Assembly (NCBI GenBank): GCA_951406725.2
Contig: OX597814.1
Location: forward strand, 29,202,001 to 29,266,000
Length of the DNA: 64,000 nt
DNA from: Octopus vulgaris
Taxonomy: Eukaryota
Reading direction: 5' to 3'
Part shown: piece after piece, positions 1-13,686 of the stretch
How the letters are laid out: every line of letters starts with the position of its first letter
Position numbering within the stretch: position 1 is the first letter of the stretch
The notes under the pieces: model-generated
Seen by the model: only the letters and a program-made list of their open reading frames with translations
Told to the model about the DNA's origin: nothing
The model's database searches: none
Program-made: the position numbers and the translations under genes

Positions 1-1664
1 AGCTAGGGTCGGTTCTGTTAAGAATAGGACTTATGAATCTTGATATGGTAATTTGATAATATGTTGAGCGTTCCAATAGAATTACCGTGTATTTCTTTTC
101 TGTACCTAGCACAATCTACATGAAATAAGTTTCTACGCAACGTGGTCTTACTCGTGTTAGCTTGTGCAGACATGATATACTGATCTAGTCTGTGATCAGG
201 TTTATTTTAATGAATTGTCAGAAGTACACACGCATGAACGTGCACTCATACATTTACACACCCACTTCTCTATCCCCCTCTCTCTCTCTCTTTCTCTCTT
301 TCTCTCTCCTTCACACATGCGTTCACACTTACATCCATATAAAAATATAAATATAGAACCCTTAAACTAGTAGACAGACGGAGTGATAGATAGACAAACC
401 TGAAGTTGACCTGGAGTAGAGGAGATGTCATTGGTGGAGTCGCAAATGGCGACGAAAGACCTTTGAAAAATATAGCTGATTAATTAATTGACTGAACGAT
501 TAATCAAACAATCGATTAGTTAATAGGTTAAGCAGTTAATAAATTAACAAATAATGAATAAAAGAAGTGAAACAGAACCAGTTCGTGTGTTCATTACTGG
601 CGTAATGACCCTCTTGAGATTCAACAACTAACGAATTTGTTTCAACAGACGAGTTCACATCAAGAATCTTGCAAACCAAATACAACATGTAAAACCTCGT
701 ATATCTACTTTTCAACATATTACTTTCATTGAATCAGAATAACAGATTACATTTGTATTTAACAGAAGAGAATTAATAGAAGGTGACATAGTACGACTGT
801 TGTTATATCTCCAGTTGATGCTCTCTCAAAGTTGATTTCTCTGCGCCTTTGTAGACGATTGGAAAATCAAATTATCATCAGACACAATTTTTCCCCCCGA
901 AAATATTGATTTCTTTACATTAGCCATCAGCCAAATGTTCTCAGAACACGTGTTATTATTGTTGGTTGAATCGATCGTCATTTGGCATATATTATGATAA
1001 CTCGATTGAAATAGAAGGACATGTCAACCTCTGAGCAATTTAAACAGGGAACGCAAAAGAAAGAAACCAAATGCTGTAACCACTTAAGTCCGGTGGTGCT
1101 CTGCCATTTCTAACATACCATTGTGCATTATGAGAAATGGTACTATCTACGTGATTGATCGATCTACTAGAAGTAGCAGTGAAATTTCTTTCTGAGTCGA
1201 TAAAATAATTTACAGATCAAGTCGTAGGGTCGAACCAATCGACTAATAATTGTCCCCAAATTTGTGAACTTGTCTATATTAGATCTTATTATTGGCTTCA
1301 AAACTTTGGCACAAGGCCAACAATTTGGGGGAGGAGTTAAGTCGATTTCATCGACCCCAATGCACAACAGATACTAATTTCAACGACCCTGAAAGGAGGA
1401 AAAGCAAAGTGAACCTCCGCTACTCCTCTAGCTTTATATGAATCCACGGGGGTCATTATATTCAAGCCAGGTGGTATTAGCTTTGACTCTCTACATCTAC
1501 ACAGGAAAGTTAGATGGTAAGACCAGCTAGTTTTTGATGGAGTTTCTCTATAAGTCTCCATTGAAGTCTAATGTCGGCTCCGTGCCGATTAAATATTACA
1601 TAATTCTCATCTCTTAAATATAGAACGGAATATTAAAAGCGGTCCAAATTTTAGCAGCCGGCAA

Positions 1665-2004
1665 ATTTATGAAGTTGAACGAATTGGGCGACGAAACTCT
1701 GCCTCATCCACCATACTCGTCAGACCTCTCGCCTACCGACTACCACTTTTTCAAGCATCTCGATAACTTCCTGCGTGAGAAATGCTCCAAAAACCAAGAC
1801 GTTGCCAAACACGCCTTCAACGACTTCATCGCCACCAGAACGCACGATTTTTACACTACTGGAATAAATGAACTTGTTTCGCGTTGACAAAAGTGTGTTG
1901 ATTCTGATGGTGTTTATTCTGATTAATAAAGTTTTGTTTGAGCCGAGATATGTGCATCTGAATTTAAAGGTTAAAAACCGCAAGAACTTTCTTGACAACT
2001 TCAT
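1665..2004 (+). mobile_element. Mariner transposon 3' remnant (transposase C-terminus plus right TIR)
   Basis: Translates to KLNELGDETLPHPPYSSDLSPTDYHFFKHLDNFL...FYTTGINELVSR*QKCVDSDG (mariner HPPYSPDLAPSDY motif). Ends in aaaaaccgcaagaactttcttgacaac, similar to the HsMar1/cecropia-type TIR. Confidence 0.92.
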
Positions 2005-2009
2005 AATAA

Positions 2010-2419
2010 TGGTTTCAAATTTTGCCACAGAGGCAGCAATTTTGGAGAAGGGGATGAGTCGACTACATCCACCCCAGTGCTTCACTGGTACTTCTTTTAT
2101 CGACCCTGAAAGAATGAAAGACAAAGTCGACCTCGGCAGAATTTGAACTCAGAACGTAGCGACGGGCTAAATACCGCTAAGCATTTCGTCCGGTGAACTA
2201 ACGGTTCTGCCAGCTCGCCGCCTTAAATAATAATAATCTTTTCTACTGGAGGCACAAGGCTTCGAATTCGCGGGGAGGAGACTAGTCAATTACATCGACC
2301 CTGAAAGGATGAAAGACAAAGTCGACCTCGGTGGAATTTGAACTCAGAATGTAGCGACGGGCGAAATACCGCTAAGCATTTCGTCCGGTGCGCTAACGAT
2401 TCTCCCAGCACGCCGCCTT
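2010..2419 (-). mobile_element. Two adjacent tRNA-derived SINE family A copies
   Basis: Reverse complement of head ggcggcgagctggcaga...gagttcaaattc (B box) and core gtcgactttgcctttcatcctttcggggtcgat. An (AAT)n tract follows at 2420-2497. Confidence 0.9.
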
Positions 2420-2433
2420 AAATAATAATAATG

Positions 2434-2496
<63 letters not shown>

Positions 2497-3444
2497 GCGT
2501 TCTTATCTTCTCTAAATGCTACGACAAAGGAAAGAAATATAAAATGGTTCCAACCAAAAATCGGAACTGGGTCTCCGGAAGAATAAAATGCAAAGTCAAC
2601 CTTAACAGAACTGGAGCTCAGAACAGAAGGGCAACGAAATATTGCAAAACTGTTAATCCGGCATTTTATCATTGCTGCTATCCACCCCTACCTCCTATAA
2701 TCGTATAAAAATGCTAAGAAATAAGCAGACAAAACAACCAGCTAAGTAAAACTAAACAAGAAAAATAACTCATTAAAGATTTACACGATAAGATTAAAAT
2801 GGAAGAGGAATTGAACAAAACCATAAATATTCTTAGATAAATACATTCCAATAGCTTGATTCGCAAACCAAAATATACAGCATTAAAAGATATTACGAAA
2901 GAAGAAGGATAAGTTAAGCCTCACAACCAAATATCTAATGGCTTATTGCTGACACGCCAGGAGTTATTCGACAGGATTAAGACCGAAGCTGCCTGCCTTG
3001 TCAACGACCTCGACCGTAACAGGACTAAAGACAGATAAAGTCGATGCTGCATTGTCAATCTGCCTTTGACCTCGTTCCTTTCAGACTATATTATTTATTC
3101 TAGTCAATATTTCATAGTATTATTTATTTCGTTATGTAATTCTTTTCTCCATTTTTTTCTTCGCTTTTCCTCCTCATGTCGTAACCTTTTGAATAAGGAA
3201 AGCAATGTTTTATCTGTTATCTCATTTCAGTCAGCGCAAATTTGCTTTCTGAGAAAAAAAAAAAAAGTAGGGAGGAGGAAAAAGATACATTAAGATGGTC
3301 TTAGAATGAGTTGGTGGACAGAGAGAAAATGATGAAAAAGAGGTTTGGTTAAGTTAGCAAAAGCGCAAGTGAGAAGATCCTCATTTAATGTCAGCAGTTA
3401 GCTGTTACATTATAAATTCCGAGATAATAGACAAAGTTGTCCAC

Positions 3445-3740
3445 AGATGGTCAACTTTGCCTTTCACTCTTTCGGGGTCGATAAAATAAAGTATGAGTCA
3501 AATACTGGGGTCGATGTAATCAACTGACCAACCTCCTATCAAAAGTGTTGGTTTCCTGCCTAAATCAAAAATATTGAGTGTTGTGCGTTGATAGAATCGT
3601 TAGAGCACCGGGCAAAATACCTTATGGTGTTTGTTATGGGTTTTACGGTCTACGTTCAAAACCTGTCGAGATCAACTTTGCCTTTCATCCTTTCGGGGAC
3701 AAAGTAACAGTCAAGTACTAGGGACCATGGAATTGACTTT
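3445..3740 (+). mobile_element. Degenerate SINE family A copies
   Basis: Core aactttgcctttcatcctttcgggg occurs twice (about 3455 and 3675). Confidence 0.7.
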
Positions 3741-4760
3741 GAGTCTGTGACATCTCCAGAATTTCTATGACGGCGAACAGGAGTGGTGAGAGTTTGTAAG
3801 ACTAATTTTTCGCAGCTTGTCTTTTGACAGAACTGAAACCCTTGATTAGTGACCCCTAACTATTTTTTGCTCCTTTGATTCCTATTTTACTCTACTGGAC
3901 CTTTATAGTCATTTGGTGCATACTACAAAAAAATTCTTATTATAGTTTTATAATTAAATATTATTAGGAATTGTATAAAGATATTAAAATATTTTGTGTA
4001 TTGTAGAAGTATAAGGATTCTATTGCGCATAAATTTTAACAACAAAATCTTATATGGACCCCAAAGGGCCAGATGAACCCCGGTTCAGAATCACTGTCCT
4101 AGGTCAATCCTAGTGCGAGACAGGGAATCTGGCACTCACAGCTCTCCACTTCTAGGGCGTCGCAATCGTTGGAAGCTCCATTATGGCGTTCTTTAGGGGA
4201 TTAATAGAGGATAAGAGTGACGACGTCCTCAGAAAGACCCTGGGCACCGACAAAAATCGATTGGCTAGTCTGTTCCGGACATTCGGTCCATGACCTACGA
4301 ATAATTCTCTACAAGTTTGGTATTGCCCATCAGTCGGGCACGCAGATCGAAGAAACCGTCCAACCGGCAGATTAACGATGAAATACATTTCAGCCATGAC
4401 CATCCACATTTTTGTATACTTAGAGAGAGCTATATTGGCCAATATGTCTTCGCTTTTTCTTTTTTAAAAGATGGCAGGGTGGGGTTTGAATGATTTTGGC
4501 CACTAGTTTAATCATGCTAAGAGATAGCATTGGGGTTTTGCTGTTTGATTTAACAGAAACAACAAAATTATCAGCCGGGTCAAGATCTACAATGAATTTC
4601 ATGAAATGAGTTTATGGTGAGGTCGATACAAAAATATTATATAATGCGTGGTTTAGAAACGGTGTTTTCTCAAGAAAGCTAACTCCGAGCAAAAAGAAAA
4701 ATATATATTCCAAAACAATCATCAAATGAAAAACAAAATTAAATTAAAAGACATTCTTCC

Positions 4761-5180
4761 ATGGAAGTATTACACTTTGATTATATATCAGTTCTATATC
4801 CGACACATAGAATCTCTTTGAGAGGAATATTTCACAGAGACTCTACTTTCACTACTCTTGTAACTAGTTCAACTTCGTTAACTAATCTGCTGAATACGAC
4901 CATCAAAAGTAATAAGTGCTATAGACAACCTATAAACCGAATTTTCCATATGGATGATCTCAAAACATTTACAAAGGATAATACTTTGCTGGATAAACCT
5001 CATGAATTCAGCCAAAAATGGAAAGATGAGCACGGGATTAGACAAATATGCTTAAGATACAATATGAAAAGGTTAAACTGTATCTAAGAATATTAAATTA
5101 GATACACTGACAAAAATTGGAGAATTAGAACAGAACCACCGCCCAATGAAAGAGCGTAACATATATAATCTTAAATATTC
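4761..5180 (+). pseudogene. Reverse transcriptase remnant of an R4/Dong-type (RLE) non-LTR retrotransposon
   Basis: RGIFHRDS resembles RGIFQGDS and INRIFHMDDLKTF resembles INHLLYMDDLKLF. After a frameshift, KMSTGLDKYA resembles KMEFGLDKCA. Confidence 0.75.
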
Positions 5181-5484
5181 GATACCCCGAAACTATAACA
5201 TTAACAACTCACGTAACTCACGTTCTAAAAACATTGCATTAAAACACATAACACTAATCACAAAGCACGTGTGAAGCACGGGCGTCACCCAACAAAATAA
5301 CGCAACTCTGTACAACAGACGAAATACTGAAAAAAAAAAGAAAAATCAACAGAAACAGTAACCTAAATACCACTATGAAATGTACAACTGATGTCGATTG
5401 CAAACACAATTCTGTAGCCCCCTCCCGGTCCACATATCTCAGGATCACAGACGGTTACCTACTGTGTCAGTGTGTATAAGTGAG

Positions 5485-5971
<487 letters not shown>

Positions 5972-5979
5972 TGTATGTA

Positions 5980-6038
<59 letters not shown>

Positions 6039-6040
<2 letters not shown>

Positions 6041-6150
6041 ACCTGCTCGCTTAGCCAGCGGGGTTGCGTCATTTAAAGGCTAAAACAATGCGAAACGCAT
6101 TGTGACTAGCAACATCTGATAGCCTGGTCGGTCACGGTGATCACGGTGAT
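6039..6150 (+). mobile_element. 3' tail fragment of SINE family C, tail variant 2
   Basis: Matches the tail of the minus-strand copy at 50187-50478 (cctgctcgcttagc...ggtcggtcacg). Confidence 0.75.
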
Positions 6151-6414
6151 ATATATATATATATATTGCGTAGGTATTGTAGCAGATTAATACCACTAAG
6201 GGACAATTAAATCCAAAGTCGATCCTGGTTATTACCTGGCTAGGTACAGTATTTTGTAAAGTTGTACGGTAACAGGTGGTTCGGTTGGTAGATTGTAGTA
6301 TACATTATATAGGAGAAGAAAATGGATGTAATAACAAGGAGGGACTCATCGTTTTCTCTTGTATGCCTTTAAATTAATTAGAAAACAAAGAAGAAGGAAG
6401 CAAAGGTGAAGGTA

Positions 6415-6465
6415 GCATTTACGATCGTTTCAATTTACTAGTTTTAGTAAATCTCTTCAGAATGC
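6415..6465 (-). ncRNA. Minimal type I hammerhead ribozyme motif, intact core
   Basis: Minus strand reads GCATT CTGAAGA GATTTACTA-aaac-TAGTAAATT GAAA CGATCG TA AATGC: 5-bp stem I, 9-bp stem II, palindromic stem III. Confidence 0.85.
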
Positions 6466-7746
6466 GAAAATAGATAGATACATCGGTTAGGATGCGAAAA
6501 TAATTGATACATATGTGATGGTAATAGAAGGAAAGACAGTAAGTCTTACATTAAATTTTGTTCTTGCGCTGGTAATTTCGCTAGGGAGAGGTTTCATTGC
6601 AATAGACTTGTTAGTTTCGTTGGGCAATTAGAACCGGGTGAATATTATTTTGGTGTGGGTTTCCGAGTTTGACCAAGCGCATTGTATCGCAATTATGTAT
6701 TAAATTTGCGCTTATATACACACCTTTTACCTATTTTGGTTATGATAACATTTTTGAAATTCTTAAATTTTATTTTTATACAACATAACAATATTGTTTA
6801 TAAACAATCACCCATAGAGCTCCTAAATAAAATTTCATCTGTATTAATAACTTAGGTTTCTTGGCGTCTTGCCCCTTTAACTGGTAATTAACATCATGAT
6901 TTAAAGTCTACCCCTATCCTGCCTCTTTTTATAGACGGTTACTTATATCCAACTGACTACTCCAAATGTCTTATTTCCACCCTGGGGAAAAGGGGATTCA
7001 TATGATAATATTTATGACCATACCTATCAACTGACAACACACTCTTGTCCTTTATTCAAAATAGACAGTCTTCTAGTCTTAGATTTAGTAGTTGATAAAG
7101 AGGTAAATGAAATAGAAATGAATTACAACCCTTACAACCCTATGACCCCACTATGCTCCATGCAATTCTTAGAAGTTGTAGTCTATTCTTAGCTACAATA
7201 GCAACATGAATTTCTTCCATTTTTTCCTCTGTTAAAAGATTTTAGAAAAACTATATTAATGTGTCCTACTTGTTAAAATTTCATTTACTTATTTGTGCAC
7301 CGATGGTGCTCAAGATGGCACCGCTTTTAAATTGATGCAATGTTGGCATTGTTCAATTAAATGGAGCCGCTTGAAACGGTCGAACTGCATTACTACTTGA
7401 TATCCTGTTGCTTATTATGATTATATATACATACACATACATACATACATACTTACATACATACATACATACATACGTACATACAAACATACATACATAC
7501 ATATATATATATATATGTGCCTCGTCATGCATATTGCCGCGTAAAAACCATTCTAACTGGAGAACGACCATGGATTTACAATATAGAATGGTGTACTGTA
7601 ACCTCGGATCCTTCCACAAAAAATACGCGGAGATCTTTACTAATCTAAAAAATATTGTTAGCCTGGTGTACTAACAAAGAGTTTATAAAGGATTTTTCCC
7701 GGTTTGATAATAACTCTATACACACACACACAGACACACACACACA

Positions 7747-7782
<36 letters not shown>

Positions 7783-7995
7783 TATATATATATATCATAT
7801 TTTGTGGGTGAATATGTCTACATTCTCAGATGCATGGAGTTGAGTGGACGAATTTTTAAATGACTTCTAGGTGAGAATATTTAGTTCTCTATCAGCCAGT
7901 TCACGTCACACAGATACTTCAGGTAGTCAGTGACAGCAATTTTTCATTATGTGCTTCATGTGGTAAAGCAGACAGGATGATGGCGCCAGTTATTC

Positions 7996-8515
7996 GGTAT
8001 TCTATGGGAAATATAAGGCGGCGAGCTGGCAGAAACGTTAGCACACCGGGCGAAATGCTTGGCGGTATTTTCGTCTGCGTTACGTTGTGAGTTCAAATTC
8101 CGCTGAGGTTGACTTTGCCTTTCATCCTTTCGGGGTCGATAAATTAAGTACCAGTTACACACTGGGGTCGATATAATCGACTTAATCCGTTTGTATGTCC
8201 TTGTTTGTCCCCTCTGTGTTTAGCCCCTTGTGGGTAGTAAAGAAATAGGTATTCTATGGGAAATATAAGGCGGCGAGCTGGCAGAAACGTTAGCACGCCG
8301 GGCGAAATTCTTAGCGGTATTTCGTCTACGTTACGTTGTGAGTTCAAATTCCGCTGAGGTCGACTTTGCCTTTCATCCTTTCGGGGTCGATAAATTAAGT
8401 ACCAGTTACGCACTGGGGTCGATGTAATCGACTTAATACCGATGTCTGTCCTTGTTTGTCCCCTCTGTGTTTAGCCCTTTGTGGGTAATAAAGAAATAGG
8501 TATTCTATGGGAAAT
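7996..8515 (+). mobile_element. Tandem pair of SINE family A copies
   Basis: Two near-identical ~250-bp units. The flank ggtattctatgggaaat occurs three times (about 7996, 8248, 8499). Confidence 0.92.
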
Positions 8516-8798
8516 GACGTTTCAGCGACGACAGTTATTATACTACGTTTAGAGATAGATGGAAATTCAGGGACCAAGGAAAACTACCTCTCTGACATGA
8601 GATGCGTCATTGGCTGTTTCGCTCTTTATTCACCGGAAGTTAACAATTGACTAATCCCTGGGGGTTTGTCAATCTCTGAGGAATTGTATAAACTCCAATA
8701 ACCGGCTCTATCCATCAATAGAAGTGATGTGTCATTTTGGCAAATTATGATTTTCTGAATGATTTGATTTGTGAAATTTCGTGAAAGATTTTGAACAT

Positions 8799-8961
8799 AG
8801 GCACAGGAGTGGCTCTGTGGTAAGTAGCTTGCTTACCAACCACATGGTTCCGGGTTCAGTCCCACTGTGTGACACCTTGGGCAAGTGTCTTATACAATAG
8901 CCTCGAGCTGACCAAAACCATGTGATGGATTTGGTTGACGGAAACTGAAAGAAGCTCGTCG

Positions 8962-8994
<33 letters not shown>

Positions 8995-9007
8995 CTGTGT
9001 GTCTGTG

Positions 9008-9053
<46 letters not shown>

Positions 9054-9286
9054 CGTGCGTGCGTGTGTGTGTGTTTGTGTGCCTGTAATTGTCTCCCCAC
9101 CATCGCTTGACAACCGATGCTGGTGTATTTATGTCCTCGTAACCTAGCGGGTCGGTAAAAGAGACCGATAGAATAAATACTAGCCTTAAAAAAAATAAGT
9201 CCTGGGGTCGATTTGCTCGACTAAAGACAGTTCTCCAACATGACCGCCGTCAAATGACTGGAACAAATAAATGAATAAAAGAATAA
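8799..9286 (+). mobile_element. Full-length SINE family B (CORE-like gacaccttgggcaagtg)
   Basis: tRNA-like head, CORE-like box, internal microsatellite and conserved tail. Confidence 0.92.
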
Positions 9287-9857
9287 TCGATATCATTCTA
9301 TTTTTTATTATTTTATTGTCTGATTTTATTTTTCATCCAAATAATGTTCATTTGTCGAAACTCCCATAGTATTTCTTCTTCGTTTTTCATTAATCTGAAT
9401 CTTTTTTTTTTTTCCATTAAAATAGTTCCAGGTTTGACAAACGATATAATACTTAATCCGTCTAGATGTGTCCCCTCTTTTTTTGTTGTGAAATAGTTTG
9501 AATACAAGATCGAAATTCCCCACATCTACTCAATCGTCTAGATGTGTCCCCTCTTTTTAACTGACCCAGTTGTGAAACAGTTTGAATACAAGATCTTACG
9601 ATATCCTTTTCCTTTGATTTTTTTATTGTTAATTTGAAATGTTTTAATTCTTTATCCATGGAAGTAACAAAATATCATAAATTTCAGGTTAACAGTTTGC
9701 GCTCAGGACTTATATTACCAAGGGGTCCCAGTCTGGATATCCACACCATTGCACACTCTCACACACGCGGTGTGTCTGGGTGTGCGCGTGCGTACATGCA
9801 GCTGCTTCGATACCTAGGATGCATAATGCACACACGTACATGATACATACATACATA

Positions 9858-9920
<63 letters not shown>

Positions 9921-9923
<3 letters not shown>

Positions 9924-10297
9924 CGCAGGAGTGGCCATAGGCGCAGGAGTGGCCATAGGCGCAAGAGTGGCTGTGTGGTAAGTAGCTTGCTAACCAACCA
10001 CATGGTTCCGGGTTCAGTCCCACTGCGTGGCACCTTGGGCAAGTGTCTTCTGCTATACCCCGGGCCGACCAATGCCTTGTGAGTGGATTTGGTAGACGGA
10101 AACTGAAAGAAGCCTGTCGTATATATGTATATATATATGTATGTATGTATGTGTGTGTGTGTCTGTGTTTGTCCCTAGCATTGCTTGACAACCGATGCTG
10201 GTGTGTTTACGTCCCCGTCACTTAGCGGTTCGGCAAAAAGAGACCGTTAGAATAAGTACTGGGCTTACAAAAAGAATAAGTCCCGGGGGTCGAGTTG
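9921..10297 (+). mobile_element. SINE family B, 3'-truncated, with triplicated 18-bp 5' end
   Basis: aggcgcaggagtggccat is repeated before the body. Inserted in (TA)n. Confidence 0.9.
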
Positions 10298-10457
10298 TAT
10301 AAAAATTCCCTCTCATATATATATATATGAGAGGGAATCCACTAACAGTGAGCTCCCTTACGCTAGCCACTAAACCATTGGTGTTAAACTGATATTATTA
10401 AATTAATATACAATTTTTCACCCTCATTTTGATTTTAATTCTTAATATATGTATATA

Positions 10458-10501
<44 letters not shown>

Positions 10502-10673
10502 CGAGAGAGAGAGAGAGCGGGTGAGAGGGGGTACTGTCCCTGTGTACATAGGAAAGACAGACAGACAGACAGGCATGTAAACCTGCCATTGTTAATCTAT
10601 TTCTCATTATTTCTTATTCACTTTCTCACATACACTCCTCCAACTCTGATCAACTCTTTCCTCTCGATTGAGA

Positions 10674-10761
<88 letters not shown>

Positions 10762-10826
10762 AGTGTGTGTTTGCGTGTGTGTATGTGTGTGTGTGTGAGT
10801 GTGCTTGTGTGAATGAGTGTGTGTTA

Positions 10827-10871
<45 letters not shown>

Positions 10872-11071
10872 GAGCGGGTGAGAGGGGGTACTGTCCCTGT
10901 GTACATAGGAAAGACAGACAGACAGACAGGCATGTAAACCTGCCATTGTTAGTTCATTTACCTCTGTATGACCCCTCATAGTGAATAGGGATAAATTCTG
11001 TGCCTCCCTACACTCCTTTTCGGACCGACTTCTCCTTTCATTTCCTCAACAACTTTTTCTCCACATCACAA

Positions 11072-11120
<49 letters not shown>

Positions 11121-11148
11121 CTCTTCCTCCTCTCTCTCTTTCTCTCTC

Positions 11149-11193
<45 letters not shown>

Positions 11194-11858
11194 ATTCTCT
11201 TATTCACTTTCTCACATACACTCTCTTGCACACACACACACACATTCCTTCTCTCTCCCCTCTCTATTATTTCTCTCTCTCCCCCTCTCTCTTTCTCGCT
11301 CTCTTCCCCTCTCTCTTTCAATAATGTCATTAGACTGGATGACAGTTTTTCCTTTCTAAATATTCCACCTCACCTCCTTCACCCACCCATCACCTCGTTC
11401 TTATTCTTCTTTCCTTTTGTCTATCTCATTCTATGTTTTTCATTCTCTCGCTCTCCTTCTTAGTCCTCTCACTCACTCTCTCTCTTTCTCTCTCTCTCTC
11501 TTACTTTCTCTCTCGCTCGCTTTTTTTCTCTCTTTCTCTCTTCTTACCTGTTTACCTTATTTCCTGTTTATCTACCTATCTCTCTAGTCCAATCTCTCTT
11601 TTTCAACATTCATCTTTTTTGCCTTTTACACTTCTTTCGCTGCAGGCTCTCCCTCTGTCTCTCTCGCTCCTTCTTTCGTTACTTATCTCCCCCCCCTCTT
11701 TTCTACCCACATTCACTCCAACTCTGATTTTTCCTCTCTTGAGAGGAAGCGAACATTTAAGCGTGCTTGAAATATCGGTTAAATCCCCTTCAAACCGTGC
11801 CCACTGTTTTAAAGAGAAATACATTAAATAGTGATATCCTATATGTTTATATATATAA

Positions 11859-11973
<115 letters not shown>

Positions 11974-11990
11974 TATATATATATATATAT

Positions 11991-12625
11991 ATCAATAATA
12001 AAAGGGTAAAATCAATTAATTATTAATTAATTTCACCAAGTAGAGTTCAGTATGTAAAAGGACCATTCAAGGTATATTCAAAATATTACGTTATATAATT
12101 AGGGCTCAGTAAAATAATTTACTTTACCACATACTGAAACTTTTAGAAATAGCAGCCAAAAAGTTTTTTATAGCCATTTCTTCTACTATAAGAAAAATCT
12201 CCCAGATAGTCTTTACTCAAAAATAATTCACGTAGATATGGAGGGAAAAACAACGAAATATCACATGTACAAAGATCATTTGAGAACGTTACGTTTCTGG
12301 ATTAGTTGAATTTAAACTCAACATTTCCTTCGTCAGCTCAACATTTCTTAATTTGGATTTGAAAATGCACTAAAATTGAAACATACCCGTCTGATATGAG
12401 TGATCTCAGACAAACCATCTCCAAACTGCCAGAGCCAACAAATTCAAAAAGTACGAGGGAAGACTTGTATTCCTCCCGCTTCCATCCACATGAGTTATAG
12501 AGTAAACAGATTTTGGCGGTGAGAACCGTAGTAAAAAGCAGGGAGAGATGAATTGTATTATCAATATAAAAGGGTAAAAATCAATTAATTATTAATTAGA
12601 TTTCACCAACAGAGTTCAGTGTAAC
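11991..12625 (-). mobile_element. Penelope-like terminal-repeat remnant
   Basis: A ~60-bp direct repeat (11991-12050 and 12560-12620) brackets an HHR motif, next to (TA)n. Confidence 0.55.
12280..12341 (-). ncRNA. Type I hammerhead motif with extended stem II
   Basis: Minus strand reads TTGAG CTGACGA AGGA-aatGTTGAGTTTAAATTCAACtaa-TCCA GAAA CGTAACG TT CTCAA. Stem I has 5 bp and the base of stem II is an A/A mismatch. Confidence 0.7.
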
Positions 12626-13106
12626 CAAAAGTATCTTATAGTCGTGATTCATAGAGTCCTTCTTATTAGCGTGCGTCTACGATTCACGATTTTAAAAAAA
12701 TTACCATTTTTTCCCAATTTTTGCCAGCATTTTTGCTTAATACCAATGTCCGTCATCCATTTTATTTCTTACACCCAGTCTACGATACGTGCTAGTCAAT
12801 AATTAAAAATCCAACATATTTCACACAACTGGGTTTCATTTTTTAAAAGGACCATTCTCGGATCGACATACATTGAATAAAATGTTACTCACCAGTAATA
12901 CCAATGTCCGTCATCATTTTCTTTCACTCCAGTCTACACGTGGCTCTAACTTACCAACATATTTCACACAACTTTTAATCTCCTATGTTCTCTCACAACT
13001 TTTAATATATCACTTGTTCTACACCTACATAAAAACGTACACATTTACTATACATCACCCTACCAAACTACACAAACTCACAAAACTCCAGATAGGCTAT
13101 CGTGCT

Positions 13107-13288
13107 ACAGTTCTATATTTAAGAGATGAGGAATTATTTACATTATTTACATTATTTACATTTGACGGATATTTGTCCTCATCTTCTTTGTTGTTAACAC
13201 AACGTCTCGGCTGATATGCCCTCCAGCCTTCTTCAGGTGTCTTGGGGAAATTTCGAACCTGGGTTCTCATTCCTAAGGTATTCTTCGA

Positions 13289-13328
<40 letters not shown>

Positions 13329-13450
13329 GCTCAGGTCACTGCTTGGAATCGAACTCGTGAAATTGGGGTTAGTAGCCCACGCTCTTAACCACTACGCCAT
13401 ATGCCCGATTCCAAGCAGTAACCTGAATAATAATAATAATAATAATAATG

Positions 13451-13535
<85 letters not shown>

Positions 13536-13686
13536 CATCGAAGAATACCTTAGAAATGTGAACCCAGGTTCGAAATTTCCCCCAAGACACCTGAAGAAGG
13601 CTGGAGGGCATATCAGCCGAAACGTTGTGTTAACAACAAAGAAGATGAGGACAAATATCCGTCAAATGTAAATAATGTAAATAATG
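13107..13686. mobile_element. Head-to-head inverted dimer of a tRNA-headed, HHR-containing short element
   Basis: Full copy on the minus strand (13406 to 13107) joined to a 5'-truncated plus-strand copy (13406-13686). Flanked by the 12-bp direct repeat GGCTATCGTGCT (13095-13106, 13687-13698). Confidence 0.85.
13586..13631 (+). ncRNA. Minimal type I hammerhead ribozyme motif, intact core
   Basis: GACAC CTGAAGA A GGCTG-gagggcatat-CAGCC GAAAC GTT GTGTT. The inverted partner at 13196-13241 has GAGAC instead of GAAAC. Confidence 0.85.

Noticed and set aside
13330-13406. Functional tRNA gene (also applies to family A/B/C heads)
   Set aside because: A and B boxes are present but the acceptor stem does not pair, and the sequence continues into a repeat body, so these are SINE heads.
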